DNA of 59,349 bases, counting the filler. It is 8 parts of 8 records of this genome, joined end to end, with 100 filler letters (N's around TTAATTAATTAA, not from the genome) between each part and the next. Parts side by side here need not be neighbours in the genome. Positions count along the whole stretch, not along the records: positions 1 to 7,609 come from SRR31156797_24205; positions 7,710 to 19,961 come from SRR31156797_24211; 6 more parts are not named here. One strand, 5' to 3'. Positions 1-10,700 of the stretch are shown one piece after another (position 1 is the first letter of the stretch; every line of letters starts with the position of its first letter). The notes beneath the pieces are model-generated. The model was given only the letters and a program-made list of their open reading frames with translations. It had not been told where the DNA came from and ran no database searches. Both the position numbers and the translations under genes were made by a program.

Positions 1-2
1 AC

Positions 3-704
3 GGCGACACCGATGCCGTATACATGGATATTTCCGGAGGCGTTGCCGTAAAACAATTGTCTCGAAGAACAACCCTCTGGGAACAGATCCGAAGCGGAGG
101 TCTTCTCATCTGGCCCATCCTTTTGGTAGGTCTTGTGGCTGCCATCCTGGTTTTGGAACGTCTCTTTTTTCTGGGCAGGGTCAGCCAAAATACGGACAAA
201 CTCATGACCCATGTCACAAAACTGGTGGAAAAGGGTGATTACAAAGGGGCCGTACAATCAACGGAAAGCCAGTCCGGACGTCCCACCGGCAATGTCCTAA
301 AGGCGGGCCTTGAACAGCAGGGGCAACCCCGGGATATCATCGAAAGCAGTCTGGCGGAGGCCATCCTCAAAGAGACCCCTCGCCTGGAACGATTTCTGCC
401 CGCCCTGAAAGTACTGGCCGCCATCGCACCCCTCCTGGGTCTTTTGGGAACCGTGACGGGCATGATCAATACCTTCCATGTCATCACCGTTCACGGAACA
501 GGCGACCCCAGGCTTATGGCCGGCGGTATCAGCGAGGCGCTCATCACCACCCAGCTGGGTCTGGCCGTGGCCATCCCCATATTGGTTATTACCGCCCTTT
601 TGGGGCGAAAAGCCAACCGTATCGCCTCGGATATGGAGGAAAAAGCCATGGCTTTGATCGCTGCGCTCTTACGAGATCAGAGGCTCCCCGATGGAAGCGC
701 TTGA
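3..704 (+). CDS. MotA/TolQ/ExbB proton-channel protein (TtpC-like), 5'-truncated
   Basis: The frame is open from position 3. ExbB motifs APLLGLLGTVTGMI and GISEALITTQLGL are present. The N-terminal periplasmic remnant (DISGG...TLWEQIRSGG) is typical of the long ExbB/TtpC. Confidence 0.85.
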   Translation, partial: GDTDAVYMDISGGVAVKQLSRRTTLWEQIRSGGLLIWPILLVGLVAAILVLERLFFLGRVSQNTDKLMTHVTKLVEKGDYKGAVQSTESQSGRPTGNVLKAGLEQQGQPRDIIESSLAEAILKETPRLERFLPALKVLAAIAPLLGLLGTVTGMINTFHVITVHGTGDPRLMAGGISEALITTQLGLAVAIPILVITALLGRKANRIASDMEEKAMALIAALLRDQRLPDGSA

Positions 705-1320
705 AAGCATATGGGCCTCCGTTCGAACCGGTGGCCCGGTCATGTTCCCGTTGATCGTGGTCTCCGTCTGGATGTGGCATCTCATCGCCCTCAAAGTATT
801 ATGGGTGTTTCGGGTCCGGCGGTATCGCATCGGGATGTCCCAGGCCGTTTCATATATGTCCCGCGAAAAACCCGGGCTCCCAAAAGACAAAGGGCTTAAT
901 GCCATAGGTCCCAAAGGCAAAGCCCTCGCTTACTTTCTCGACAAGCGCCGGTTTGACCCCGAAAGCGACCGGATCATGTGGGAAGCGGCCGTCCAGAGAC
1001 AGATTTTCCCTCTTAATCGGCACATGAGCGCCATACTGATTCTGGCCGCCGTAGCGCCTCTGCTGGGGCTGCTGGGCACTGTCACTGGAATGGTGGACAC
1101 TTTCCGGGTAATCGGCATGGAGGGCACGGGAAACCCCCAGGCCCTTGCCTCTGGTATCGAGGAAGCACTTGTGACCACCCAGACAGGGCTTCTGATCGCC
1201 ATACCCGGCCTACTGGTGGGTCAAACCCTTCGCAAACAGATCAAAAATATCCGAGGGGAACTCATGATATTCTATCGTGCCGTGGATCAGTGGCTGGAAA
1301 GGAGGCAGGAAAATGTTTAG
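691..1320 (+). CDS. exbB: ExbB/TolQ family proton-channel protein
   Basis: APLLGLLGTVTGMVDTF and GIEEALVTTQTGL motifs; overlaps the upstream gene. Confidence 0.85.
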   Translation: MEALESIWASVRTGGPVMFPLIVVSVWMWHLIALKVLWVFRVRRYRIGMSQAVSYMSREKPGLPKDKGLNAIGPKGKALAYFLDKRRFDPESDRIMWEAAVQRQIFPLNRHMSAILILAAVAPLLGLLGTVTGMVDTFRVIGMEGTGNPQALASGIEEALVTTQTGLLIAIPGLLVGQTLRKQIKNIRGELMIFYRAVDQWLERRQENV

Positions 1321-1741
1321 GGTGGGCAGCAGCCTCGGGAGCATCAACAGACAAGAGAACGAGGACGCCGAAATCAATATGGCGCCCCTCATCGATATGA
1401 TTTTCATTCTCCTGATCTTTTTCCTTGTGACCGCCACTTTTGTCAGGGAATCCGGCGTGGAAATTCAAAGGCCGGAAGCGGCATCCGCAGAAAACAAAGA
1501 CGCCGCCGGCATCTTTATCGCCGTCACTCAGGATGGGGACATCTTTGTGGACAAGAACAGGGTCGATCTCAGAAGCATACGGGGTATTGTGGAGCAGTTC
1601 CTTTTGGAAAACCCGTCGGGCGCCGTCATGCTTGAGGCGGACCGTAACAGTATCACCGGTCGAATGGTTCAGGTTCTGGATCAATGTCGAATGGCGGGCG
1701 CCGAAAACATTGCCGTATCCACGGTCAGGGGTGACTCATGA
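1313..1741 (+). CDS. exbD: Biopolymer transport protein ExbD
   Basis: EINMAPLIDMIFILLIFFLVT TM motif with the conserved Asp. Start moved to ATG 1313, which has AGGAGG upstream. Confidence 0.9.
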   Translation: MFRVGSSLGSINRQENEDAEINMAPLIDMIFILLIFFLVTATFVRESGVEIQRPEAASAENKDAAGIFIAVTQDGDIFVDKNRVDLRSIRGIVEQFLLENPSGAVMLEADRNSITGRMVQVLDQCRMAGAENIAVSTVRGDS

Positions 1742-2538
1742 GTACCGCCCGGGGCATCCTCAAAACCAACCGGCGCATTTATGGCGCTGCCGTTGCTTTG
1801 ATACTGTCCCTGCTTGTAAACGTGGCCATTTTTGCCGTGGCCCCCGTGCTCCTGGACAAACGGATCATATCGAAATTTTCGAGACATGCGTTGTTAAACC
1901 TCATGATGCCCTTGCGGCCCAAAACGGTGGAACCGGACATGGACGAGCCGGAACTTCCGGAAGAACTGCCGCAACTGGAACTGGCGCCCATGGAAACGGA
2001 AATGGAGACGGAACTCCCCGAGCCGCCTGAAATAGCACCCCCTGAATTGGAAATGCCTGAAATGGAAGTACCGCCGCTAAAGCCACCCACACCTTTGGAC
2101 CGGACGACGCCGGAAGCCCCCACCCTGGAAATCGACATGAAATCCCTTTCCGCGTCATCGGTCCCCCTGGCCGTCAACGTACCCCGAACCGTTAAAAAAG
2201 CGCCCACAATGCAACAGGACACTTCAGGGATGGCTAAAAACCACGAATATTCCGTGGGGGAAGTGGATTCAAAACCGGGGGCCCTGGGACAGGCCCTACC
2301 GCCCTATCCCCGCAGGGCCCGTCGAAGGGGAATCGAAGGATGGGTGAAGGTCCGCTTTCTGGTGACAAAGGATGGGCGTGTCAGGAATCTGGCGGTTTTA
2401 CAGGAATCTCCCACCGGGGTCTTTCACAAAACCGTCATGAAAACAGTTCCCCGGTGGCGCTTCAAACCGGCCAGAAAAGACGGCCAACCCGTGGATGTAT
2501 GGGTGGAACAGACCATCAATTTCGAGATGGAAAAGTAA
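1738..2538 (+). CDS. tonB: Energy transducer TonB
   Basis: N-terminal TM, Pro/Glu-rich spacer and C-terminal YPRRARRRGIEGWVKVRF...WRFKP domain; ATGA overlap with exbD. Confidence 0.9.
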   Translation: MSTARGILKTNRRIYGAAVALILSLLVNVAIFAVAPVLLDKRIISKFSRHALLNLMMPLRPKTVEPDMDEPELPEELPQLELAPMETEMETELPEPPEIAPPELEMPEMEVPPLKPPTPLDRTTPEAPTLEIDMKSLSASSVPLAVNVPRTVKKAPTMQQDTSGMAKNHEYSVGEVDSKPGALGQALPPYPRRARRRGIEGWVKVRFLVTKDGRVRNLAVLQESPTGVFHKTVMKTVPRWRFKPARKDGQPVDVWVEQTINFEMEK

Positions 2539-4556
2539 TGAAAAGCCTAGGCGTAACAATCCTGATCATCGTCATCACCTTTCTTGGCAACACCGTCTCA
2601 GCACGGAATTGCCCAAAGGATCCCGAACCTGTTTCATCGGACCTTCACCGTGTTTTAACCCATGCGGAAAAGGAGATGGGAAAGAACCGCAATCAAATGG
2701 CCCTGAGACTATTGGCCGACTATGCTCGCGAAAACCCGTCGGAGTCGCATCCTCAGTTCCCTTTCGTGAGAGGGCTTGTGACCTATCGGCTCGAGCGTTT
2801 TAATGATTCTGAAACTTTTTTCAAAGAAGCCGTCAAACGCGACCCCTGTTTTGGTGAAGCCTGGCAGAATCTGGCCGTCGTTTACAGCCGGCAAAACCGC
2901 CCCGCTGAAGCAGCCAAAGCCATGGAAAAGGCTTTTTCCCTCATACGACCTGAAAATCCCGATCTTCAATATCAGACAGCCCTTTTTCGCATCATGAACA
3001 AAGAACCGGAGAAGGCCCTTCTTCTGCTTCAAAACCTGGTCCGGAGCCCGAAAGCCAAACGTCGGTGGTTCCTCCTTCTGGCCGATACCTTGAAAAAACA
3101 AAAAAAGGCCGGGAAAGCGGCGGATGTTTTACAAAAGGCCGCTAAACGCTTCAAAGACCCGGAGCTTAAATACCAGGCAGCCCTCCTCCATGTGCATGCC
3201 GGCAGCCCGCGCAAGGCACTCCCTATCCTTCGAAGCCTCACGTCCGGATCCAAACCGAAAGTGGAATGGCTTGTGACCTTATCGCATCTTTACGCATCCC
3301 TTTCACAACCGGCAAAGGCCGCTAAAGCAATGGAAAAGGCGATCCGACTGAAACCGAACTCTTCCCGGAAGTACCGGGCCGCCTGCCTGTGGATGGAAGC
3401 GGATCAACCCAAGAAGGCATTGCCCCTGCTCAAGGCGCTGTGCAGCGCGCCCAAACCCCATTCCAAGTGGCGCGCTTCCCTTGCCCGGACGCTGGAAAAA
3501 CTGGGAAAAAACGAGGAAGCCGCAAAAATCCTCTCCAGCGGCAACGGCGCGAATGAATCTTCGGCCGACTGTTTCAGGTCAGCCCTCCTGCATCTCAACA
3601 ACGACGCCCCCCAAAAGGCGCTCCCCCTACTGAAAAAGCTTTCCGCCAAAGCCGATCCAAAGGCCCAATGGCTCATCGCCCTGGCCTCCACCCTGGACAG
3701 ACTCCACAGGCCCGAAGAAGCTACTGCCGTTATGGAAAAGGTTAATCCGAACGCCCCTGCCCTATCCTCCAATATGCGCCTTCAGGTTGCCGTTTTCTGG
3801 CTGAAACACCATAACCCCAAACGTGCCCTCCCCCTACTGGAAAAGATGGCTGAGGATCCTCACGTATCCAAAAGCTGTCGTGTGGCACAGATCGAAGCTC
3901 TGGTCCGCACCGGCCAACCTCAAACGGCAAATGTCCCGTTAAGAAAGCTCCTGGATCAATACCCCCATGACGAAGATATCTGGCGGCTTGCCGCCTGGAC
4001 GGCCGTTGAACAGGAAGCGTATGGAAAAGCCGCGGCGGCCCTGGAAGTGGCCTTTCGCCTTGACCCGCCGAAATCCGGAGACTGGAAACGGTTGGGGAAC
4101 CTCTACAGACTTGCCGGCGTGCCCCGCAAGGCGGCGCAAACCTATGTCCGGGCATTTGGGAAAACACCCACCCCCGGAGACCTGGATCTCCTGGCCCAAA
4201 CCTATCGGGAGGCCCATCAAATAGAGGAGGCCTTGGCAGCCGCCACCCGGGCCGCAACCCTGGCACCCACGGCCAAACGGTTGGCCCGTTTGGGCCGGAT
4301 GCACATGGAACAGCAGGATTGTACCAAAGGTATGGCGGCATTTCAAAAGGCGGCACAACTGGACGATCCGGAAGGGGTTAACAGTTTATGCGTGGGGTAC
4401 GCCGCATGGAAGCTCGACCAACTCGTCTCCGCCAAGACCGCCTTCCAATCGGTTCTTCAAAAAGCGGATTCAGGGAGCCGGAATGCCTGCAAAGCATCCA
4501 AGGCCCTCAAAAAAATCGAGCGGATGATGAAACGACAACCCAAAAACTGCAATTAG
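2538..4556 (+). CDS. Periplasmic tetratricopeptide-repeat protein of the TonB operon
   Basis: Likely start at ATG 2538 (TAATG coupling with tonB). Signal peptide MKSLGVTILIIVITFLGNTVSA, then repeated P.KALPLL TPR-like units. Confidence 0.8.
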   Translation: MKSLGVTILIIVITFLGNTVSARNCPKDPEPVSSDLHRVLTHAEKEMGKNRNQMALRLLADYARENPSESHPQFPFVRGLVTYRLERFNDSETFFKEAVKRDPCFGEAWQNLAVVYSRQNRPAEAAKAMEKAFSLIRPENPDLQYQTALFRIMNKEPEKALLLLQNLVRSPKAKRRWFLLLADTLKKQKKAGKAADVLQKAAKRFKDPELKYQAALLHVHAGSPRKALPILRSLTSGSKPKVEWLVTLSHLYASLSQPAKAAKAMEKAIRLKPNSSRKYRAACLWMEADQPKKALPLLKALCSAPKPHSKWRASLARTLEKLGKNEEAAKILSSGNGANESSADCFRSALLHLNNDAPQKALPLLKKLSAKADPKAQWLIALASTLDRLHRPEEATAVMEKVNPNAPALSSNMRLQVAVFWLKHHNPKRALPLLEKMAEDPHVSKSCRVAQIEALVRTGQPQTANVPLRKLLDQYPHDEDIWRLAAWTAVEQEAYGKAAAALEVAFRLDPPKSGDWKRLGNLYRLAGVPRKAAQTYVRAFGKTPTPGDLDLLAQTYREAHQIEEALAAATRAATLAPTAKRLARLGRMHMEQQDCTKGMAAFQKAAQLDDPEGVNSLCVGYAAWKLDQLVSAKTAFQSVLQKADSGSRNACKASKALKKIERMMKRQPKNCN

Positions 4557-4559
4557 CTT

Positions 4560-4605
4560 TTAGCTATTAGCCTAAAGGTATCAAATAGTTGCGCCTAATA
4601 GCTAA
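4560..4605. repeat. 11-bp perfect inverted repeat (TTAGCTATTAG...CTAATAGCTAA) between the TPR gene and cobD
   Basis: Read directly from the sequence; 24-nt spacer; function unknown. Confidence 0.5.
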
Positions 4606-4632
4606 TTGCATCTTTTAAAAGGAATATCACCC

Positions 4633-5724
4633 ATGACCATCCATTCAGATTCAGAATATATACACGGCGGGGTCCCCAAAACCGACATGCAGAGACTAGA
4701 CGTTTCGGAGAGGCAGGTTCTGGACTTCAGCGTCAATCTCAATTTTTTTGGACCGCCCCCCATCATAAAAGAAAAATGGCCGGAACTGTTTGGAACCATC
4801 GAGCAGTATCCCAGCGTGAACGGGGATGGCGTGGCCGCTTACTATCAGTCCGCCTGCGGGGTTTCCCCTCACAATTTTCTGGCCGGTAACGGCTCCACTG
4901 AACAGATCTATCTCGTCGCCAGGGTGCTTGAATACCGGAGGGCTGCCATTATAACCCCTTCATTTCACGATTATGAACGGGCATCGCTTTTGGCGGGCGC
5001 CAAAGTGATTCGGTGTCCCCTCTCTCCCCACAATGATTTCGCCCTCCCCCGAAAAGAAGAGTTGATGGAGATACTGAAAAACGTTGACGCCCTGTGGATC
5101 GCACGTCCCAACAACCCCACGGGCAACCTGTTTGAGAAAAACCTGGTTCTGGAGATGGCCGATCGATTTCCTGAAAAATGGTTTATCGTAGATGAGGCTT
5201 TTGTACAATTCCTGGACCATTGGAAAAAGAAAAGCCTTCTCACTGAAGACCCCAAACCCAATATTCTGGTGCTCAACTCACTCACAAAGTTCTACGCCGT
5301 TGCCGGCCTCCGTCTGGGCGGAATCGTGGGGCATGAAAAGGTCATCTCTCGAATGAAACACGCCAAGGAACCGTGGGCCATTAACGGTATCGCGGATCGG
5401 GTGGCGTCACTCTTCTCCGATTGCAGCGATTATGATGAAAAAAGCCGTTCCGCCCACAATGCGGAAAAAGAGAGGGTTTTTAATATCCTCAAGGAGATGG
5501 ATGGCATCCTCCCGTTTGCCCCTTCCGTAAACTATATTCTGTGCCAATGGCTCAAAACCGAAAATTTAGACCACCTGCTGGCCCACCTCCTTGAAAAAGG
5601 TCTGTACCTTCGGGATTGCCGGAATTTCCCGGGGCTTGAAAAGAATTTCTTCCGCTTGGGTCTCAGGATCCCTGAAGAAAATGATCGTCTGCTTTCGGTT
5701 TTATCCTCATTTGAAGCATCTTAA
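4633..5724 (+). CDS. cobD: L-threonine-O-3-phosphate decarboxylase (class I/II PLP fold)
   Basis: HGG, DFSVNLN, PNNPTG, VDEAF and SLTKFYAVAGLRLG (PLP Lys) motifs; adjacent to cobQ. Start at ATG 4633 after AAAGGA. Confidence 0.85.
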   Translation: MTIHSDSEYIHGGVPKTDMQRLDVSERQVLDFSVNLNFFGPPPIIKEKWPELFGTIEQYPSVNGDGVAAYYQSACGVSPHNFLAGNGSTEQIYLVARVLEYRRAAIITPSFHDYERASLLAGAKVIRCPLSPHNDFALPRKEELMEILKNVDALWIARPNNPTGNLFEKNLVLEMADRFPEKWFIVDEAFVQFLDHWKKKSLLTEDPKPNILVLNSLTKFYAVAGLRLGGIVGHEKVISRMKHAKEPWAINGIADRVASLFSDCSDYDEKSRSAHNAEKERVFNILKEMDGILPFAPSVNYILCQWLKTENLDHLLAHLLEKGLYLRDCRNFPGLEKNFFRLGLRIPEENDRLLSVLSSFEAS

Positions 5725-5784
5725 GTGGGAACAATAATAAACAGAAAAATATAAAGGGCGTTTTGTACAAGGAAGAGGCAAGAC

Positions 5785-7296
5785 ATGGTCAAACCACCAT
5801 CAATCATAGACAACCGGCAACCCGCCCCCTCCCTCTCCGTGCTGGGCACGGGATCAGACGTGGGCAAGAGCATCATCGCCACCGCCCTCTGCCGGATATT
5901 TTCCGACATGGGGCTCCGGGTGGCCCCCTACAAAGCCCAGAATATGTCCAACAATTCCGGCGTCACACCCGAAGGCCTCGAAATGGGACGCGCTCAGATC
6001 GTTCAAGCCGAAGCCGCACGCACCCCGCCCCATGTGGACATGAACCCCATACTGCTCAAACCCACAAGCGACGTGGGGTCTCAGATCGTTTTGATGGGAA
6101 AGGCCGTATCCAATGCCACGGCCAGGGACTACCATGAGCGGAAACATTCGTTCCAGATGGTTGTCAACCATTCGCTGGATCGGCTCAAGGCCGATTTCGA
6201 TCTCGTCGTCATGGAAGGGGCCGGATCGTGCGCCGAAGTCAATCTCATGGAAAACGATATCGTCAACCTGAGCATGGCAGAGTACGCTAAAGCCCCGGTG
6301 ATTCTGGTGGGGGATATTCACAAAGGCGGCATCTTCGCTCAGATGGTGGGCACCCTGGCCTGTCTGCCGGAGAGTTACCGGCGTTTGATCGCGGGATTCA
6401 TCATAAACCGGTTCAGGGGTGATATCACCCTATTCAAGGACGGGAAAAAATGGATTGAGGATCAAACCGGAAAACCGGTGTTCGGGGTGGTCCCATGGTT
6501 TTCCCATTTCAAGATCGAAGCGGAAGATTCGGTTGTCATCGAAAACCCGTCCACCGCCTCCATCAAAACACAACCCTTGCCGGCAGTGGCGGTCATCCGC
6601 ATCCCGCACATATCCAATTTCACGGACTTCGACCCCCTGATCAACACACCGGGGCTCAACGTCTATTTTGTGGAAAAAGTACAGGATCTATCGCTCTGTA
6701 ACGGGGTCATCATTCCCGGATCCAAAAACACCCGTTTCGATCTTCAATGGCTCCATGACACCGGATGGACCGAACAGCTCCGGTCCTACGCCGGTGGCGG
6801 GGGGCATTTACTGGGAATCTGCGGCGGGTATCAAATGCTCGGTTCCGTGGTCCGGGACCCCGAGGGGACTGAAGCAAATCCCGGCAACACACCCGGTCTT
6901 TCCCTTCTACCCATAGAAACCGTGCTCAAAGCCCCCAAGACCACCACCCTCTCCCGGTTTCGATGGGACAACATCCAGGGCACCGGGTACGAGATCCACA
7001 TGGGCCGGAGCATTCTTGCGGATGGTCATCCCCTGTTTCAGATGACCGAAAGAAACGGCGCCCCCTCCCGGGATACGGACGGATGCCGATCTGGCAATGT
7101 CATGGGCACCTACATGCACGGTCTCTTCGACACGCCGGCTGTGACACGCAGGTGGCTGGGGATGATCAATCTTCCTCATATAGCCGTTTCGGAATCAGGC
7201 GGCTACCGGGAAAGAGACCGGGCGTACGATCTGCTGGCGGAACATTTCAAAGCCCATGTGGACATGGAAGCCATTGCCCAACTCGTTGGTCTATAA
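5785..7296 (+). CDS. cobQ: Cobyric acid synthase
   Basis: GTGSDVGKS, KAQNMSNNS, EGAGS, ISNFTDFDPL, GICGGYQMLG and GTYMHG motifs. Confidence 0.95.
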   Translation: MVKPPSIIDNRQPAPSLSVLGTGSDVGKSIIATALCRIFSDMGLRVAPYKAQNMSNNSGVTPEGLEMGRAQIVQAEAARTPPHVDMNPILLKPTSDVGSQIVLMGKAVSNATARDYHERKHSFQMVVNHSLDRLKADFDLVVMEGAGSCAEVNLMENDIVNLSMAEYAKAPVILVGDIHKGGIFAQMVGTLACLPESYRRLIAGFIINRFRGDITLFKDGKKWIEDQTGKPVFGVVPWFSHFKIEAEDSVVIENPSTASIKTQPLPAVAVIRIPHISNFTDFDPLINTPGLNVYFVEKVQDLSLCNGVIIPGSKNTRFDLQWLHDTGWTEQLRSYAGGGGHLLGICGGYQMLGSVVRDPEGTEANPGNTPGLSLLPIETVLKAPKTTTLSRFRWDNIQGTGYEIHMGRSILADGHPLFQMTERNGAPSRDTDGCRSGNVMGTYMHGLFDTPAVTRRWLGMINLPHIAVSESGGYRERDRAYDLLAEHFKAHVDMEAIAQLVGL

Positions 7297-7482
7297 TTGC
7301 CCATCCGCCAGTTCTTTAAACGACACTGGCCAATGAGGATATCCCCATTGTCGGCACCGGTTATTTCCCATTGATTGAAATAGTCATCCCCCGCCTTCAT
7401 GAAGCGTCTTTTTCAGGCAGTGCTCTCATTTTCAGCCAAAAATTTTATCGCCGCTCTGGTTTCTAAGGCCCGGATAAATGTC

Positions 7483-7609
7483 AAACCGCACCACCCCTCA
7501 CCGGGATCTTCCCTTCCACGGCCTGGGCGGTTACCTGCCCGATGGGCGCCATTTTTTCACCTGCTCCAGGTCCACTTCACATGGACGGGGCGTTGCCACG
7601 AGAATGTCC
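7483..7609 (-). pseudogene. Possible frameshifted 3' fragment of a Lin0512-family gene
   Basis: DILVATPRPCEVDLEQVKK continues as (M)APIGQVTAQAVEG only if one A is added to an A6 run. The result resembles the Lin0512 C-terminus from memory. Confidence 0.35.
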
Positions 7610-7709
7610 NNNNNNNNNNNNNNNNNNNNNNNNNNNNNNNNNNNNNNNNNNNNTTAATTAATTAANNNNNNNNNNNNNNNNNNNNNNNNNNNNNNNNNNN
7701 NNNNNNNNN
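7610..7709. other. Artificial contig linker
   Basis: N44-TTAATTAATTAA-N44 with stops in all six frames. Identical linkers are at 19962, 29857, 37443, 42594, 47764 and 53875. Confidence 0.98.
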
Positions 7710-10700
7710 ACTCGTACTACAAGTGCGGAATGTGAGATAGACATAGCCGATCTTGATAAAGGCGGTGACCTTGTGGGTCACCTTTCGGCCCCTGAAATCC
7801 AGGCCGTCCCAGATAAATTCCGCTATCTGGTCGGGTTCCGGATCCAATGTCCGGGTCAGAAGGCGACCGGCCACTTCAACCTCGACAAGGATGCGCTTGA
7901 CGCTGTCGGGCACCTCCGTGCCGCTGGCCGGCACGCTGAAGCGCGTTTTGTACCCATCGGTGCGGTCGCTGGCGTAGACCAAACCGAGACCCGTTCCCGG
8001 GACGGCGATTTCTTCATGGAAAATCCGCGAGCGGTTTTCCACCGAGGAGCCGGTGCTTGAATCACAATCATCCTGTTTCTGCTCGTCCTGTTGCGCAATG
8101 CCATGGTCGAACATATCCGTGAGGCTCTTCCATGAACACCAATTCCAGTCCCATGGCGTGAAGTGGGAAATCCGGGCACGCCAGAACGAGGCCCCGGGGG
8201 TATACGAATCATCGAGACCTTCAACCTCATCCTCGTACGACCCGTCTCCGTCCGGATCATCGGGCAGGTCGTCGCCGTCCGCATCCAGGGCGTCAACAAC
8301 GCCGTCGCTATCGGTATCCAGCAGCTTGACCACCAAACCGTTGGGGGCGGCCACCCAACGGCCGCGATCGCGGTCGTAGTAGCCAAGGGGCACCGCATCG
8401 CCCACTTCAAAACCGAGGAAATTGTCGATAAAGGTAACCACCGGTTTCTCAAAGCGGACCCGTTGGGCGTTATCCACGCTCAATTCGGCACAATAGGTGT
8501 AAGCCGAGGTTTCAGGCAGTTCCGCCGGCATGGATTGTGGTGTGGCGTACTCCGTGGCGCGAGTGGTGATGGCGCTCAATTCATGGACATCATTGCCGTC
8601 CTCATCCATCAAAAACGCCCGGTTGTCGCCCCGAAATACCATGGTTACGGCCCGGCTTCCCAATTGATCAAATACCTCGCTGGATCGGTGGGTGACGACG
8701 GTGTCGGGGTTCCCGTCGAAATGAACGGTGGTGCCGTGGATGTCCTCGGCGATCATTTGTATCGGGTTGATCAGAGCGATATCATTCCAGGGGACGTAGA
8801 CCTGCCGTTGGCTCGGCAACAGGCCGGCCTTGTGATAGCTGACGGTCATATCGCCACCGCCTTCGACCACAAGGACAAATTCCCCTTGTTCATCTGTGAC
8901 TGTTGAACCGTATTGAGGCTGATCAGGCACCGCTATTGTCACCCCTTGGATGGGCAGCCCGTTGACGTCCTGTACGCTCCCCTTGATCAAGGCAAAACGG
9001 TGGGCCTCATAGGCCGTTACCGTGGTATCTTCCGGAACCAGGTCTTCGTAAGCCTGGCCGAAGGAGCCTTCCGGCTGGGGTTCGGGATTGCCCGTGACCA
9101 TTACCGTGGCCCGTGCGCTCGCCGATCCCAAGGGCCCTGTAACGGAAATGGTGTAAGTGGTTGTGTGATCCGGCGTCAATGTGATAGCGCCGAAGGCCGG
9201 CAAAAGACCGACACCCTGGTCGATATGGACCGACTCGCTCCCGGTGGAGGACCAGGTCAAGGTACATGAGTCGCCCTTTCCAATCACCTCGGGAGCGGCA
9301 TTGAAGCTCAGCGTGAGCGGCTCGGCGGGATCGTATACGGAGACGGTCACGCTTTGTGTGACCGCGCCCTCGGCATTGGATGCGGTCAATGTATAGGTGG
9401 TGGTCTCTGTCGGGAAAACCATGACTGAGCCGGACAAATCCACTGACCCGATCCCCGGCTCGATCAGGCAGGAATCGGCATTGGCCGAACTCCACGTTAG
9501 CGTGGAAGACCCGCCGATCTGAATGGTTTGCGGATCGGCGCTCAGCCTGGCAACGGGCTGATCAAAATCGCTCGGCAGAAAATCCACCTTGACATTCCAA
9601 TCCGAGATGCCGACTTGCTTTTCCGACTCACGTCCGTCCGGCATGACTGCTCTAACAAGGTAATTGCCCGACGGCACCTGAAGGCCGTATCCGCCCGCGG
9701 AAGCGGTGGTGGTTTGCAGACCCGCCTCCACGACCTGTATTTGCACGTTGCCGACCCCCTCATACGCATCATACACGCCGTTCTCGTCCGTATCGTCGTA
9801 AACCACGCCCAACAGGAAGGGGTTTGGGTTGTTGTTCGATGATCCGAAATCGCAAGTGAACTTGCTGCAATGTGGGGCTTCGCTGCATGAACCGGATGCG
9901 GCTGCCAAACCGACTTCCTTGAAGTTTTCATCGAGAATATTGAGGCGATGACCCCGGCCCGGATAATTTTCATCCACAAAGAGCCGGTCATGGTAGACAA
10001 GTATATTCGTCGTTTCATTGATCGGTTCATAGTCGTATGTTGCGGCAATGTTTTCGCCTGCCTGGAGGAAGTCATAGCCCGCCTCCCGCATCCGGTCGCC
10101 GAACGTGCGCCCGTCCAAAGAGTCGTGCGCATAGTAATCCTGCTCGGTCATATCCAGGGAATGGAGCGCCGCGGCCTGGTGAATCCGCGCGTTGAAGGTG
10201 AGTGGCTGCACCAGGTCCCCGCTGATGGTGCCGGGATCAAGGCCCTCGTTGAGGTCAATGCCCAGGCGGGCCGCCTCGGCCGCCGGGTTGGCCCTGGCCC
10301 GGTTGATGGCCTCCAGATGGGCCTGTTCCTCCGGGGTGGGGTCGCCGTACCTGTAGCCCTCCGGATCGGTTACAAATATCCTGGCCGCATCGGTTGCCGC
10401 GCCGCCGGGACCGGAAGCGGTGATCCGATAGATGGTGGTCCCGGTGGGGGAGACCGTGACCGATCCTGATAAATCCACCTGGCCCATGTCCGGTTCGATC
10501 ACGCAGGAATCGGCATGGGTCGACGTCCAGGTCAATACCGCCGACTCGCCCACGTGCAGGGTGATGGGATTTGCACTCATGCTGACGGTGGGTTCCGGCC
10601 ACGCCACACTGACCGTGACACTGGCCGTGGCCTCGCCTCCGGGGCCGGTGGCCGTGATGGAATATGTGGTGGTCTCGGTGGGGGAGACCGTGACCGAGCC

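Noticed and set aside
2340-2537. ORF-track N-terminal extensions (TPR from 2340; similarly exbD 1277, DUF62 41101, orphan 53563)
   Set aside because: Better starts exist downstream, supported by an RBS, translational coupling, a signal peptide or the family N-terminus.
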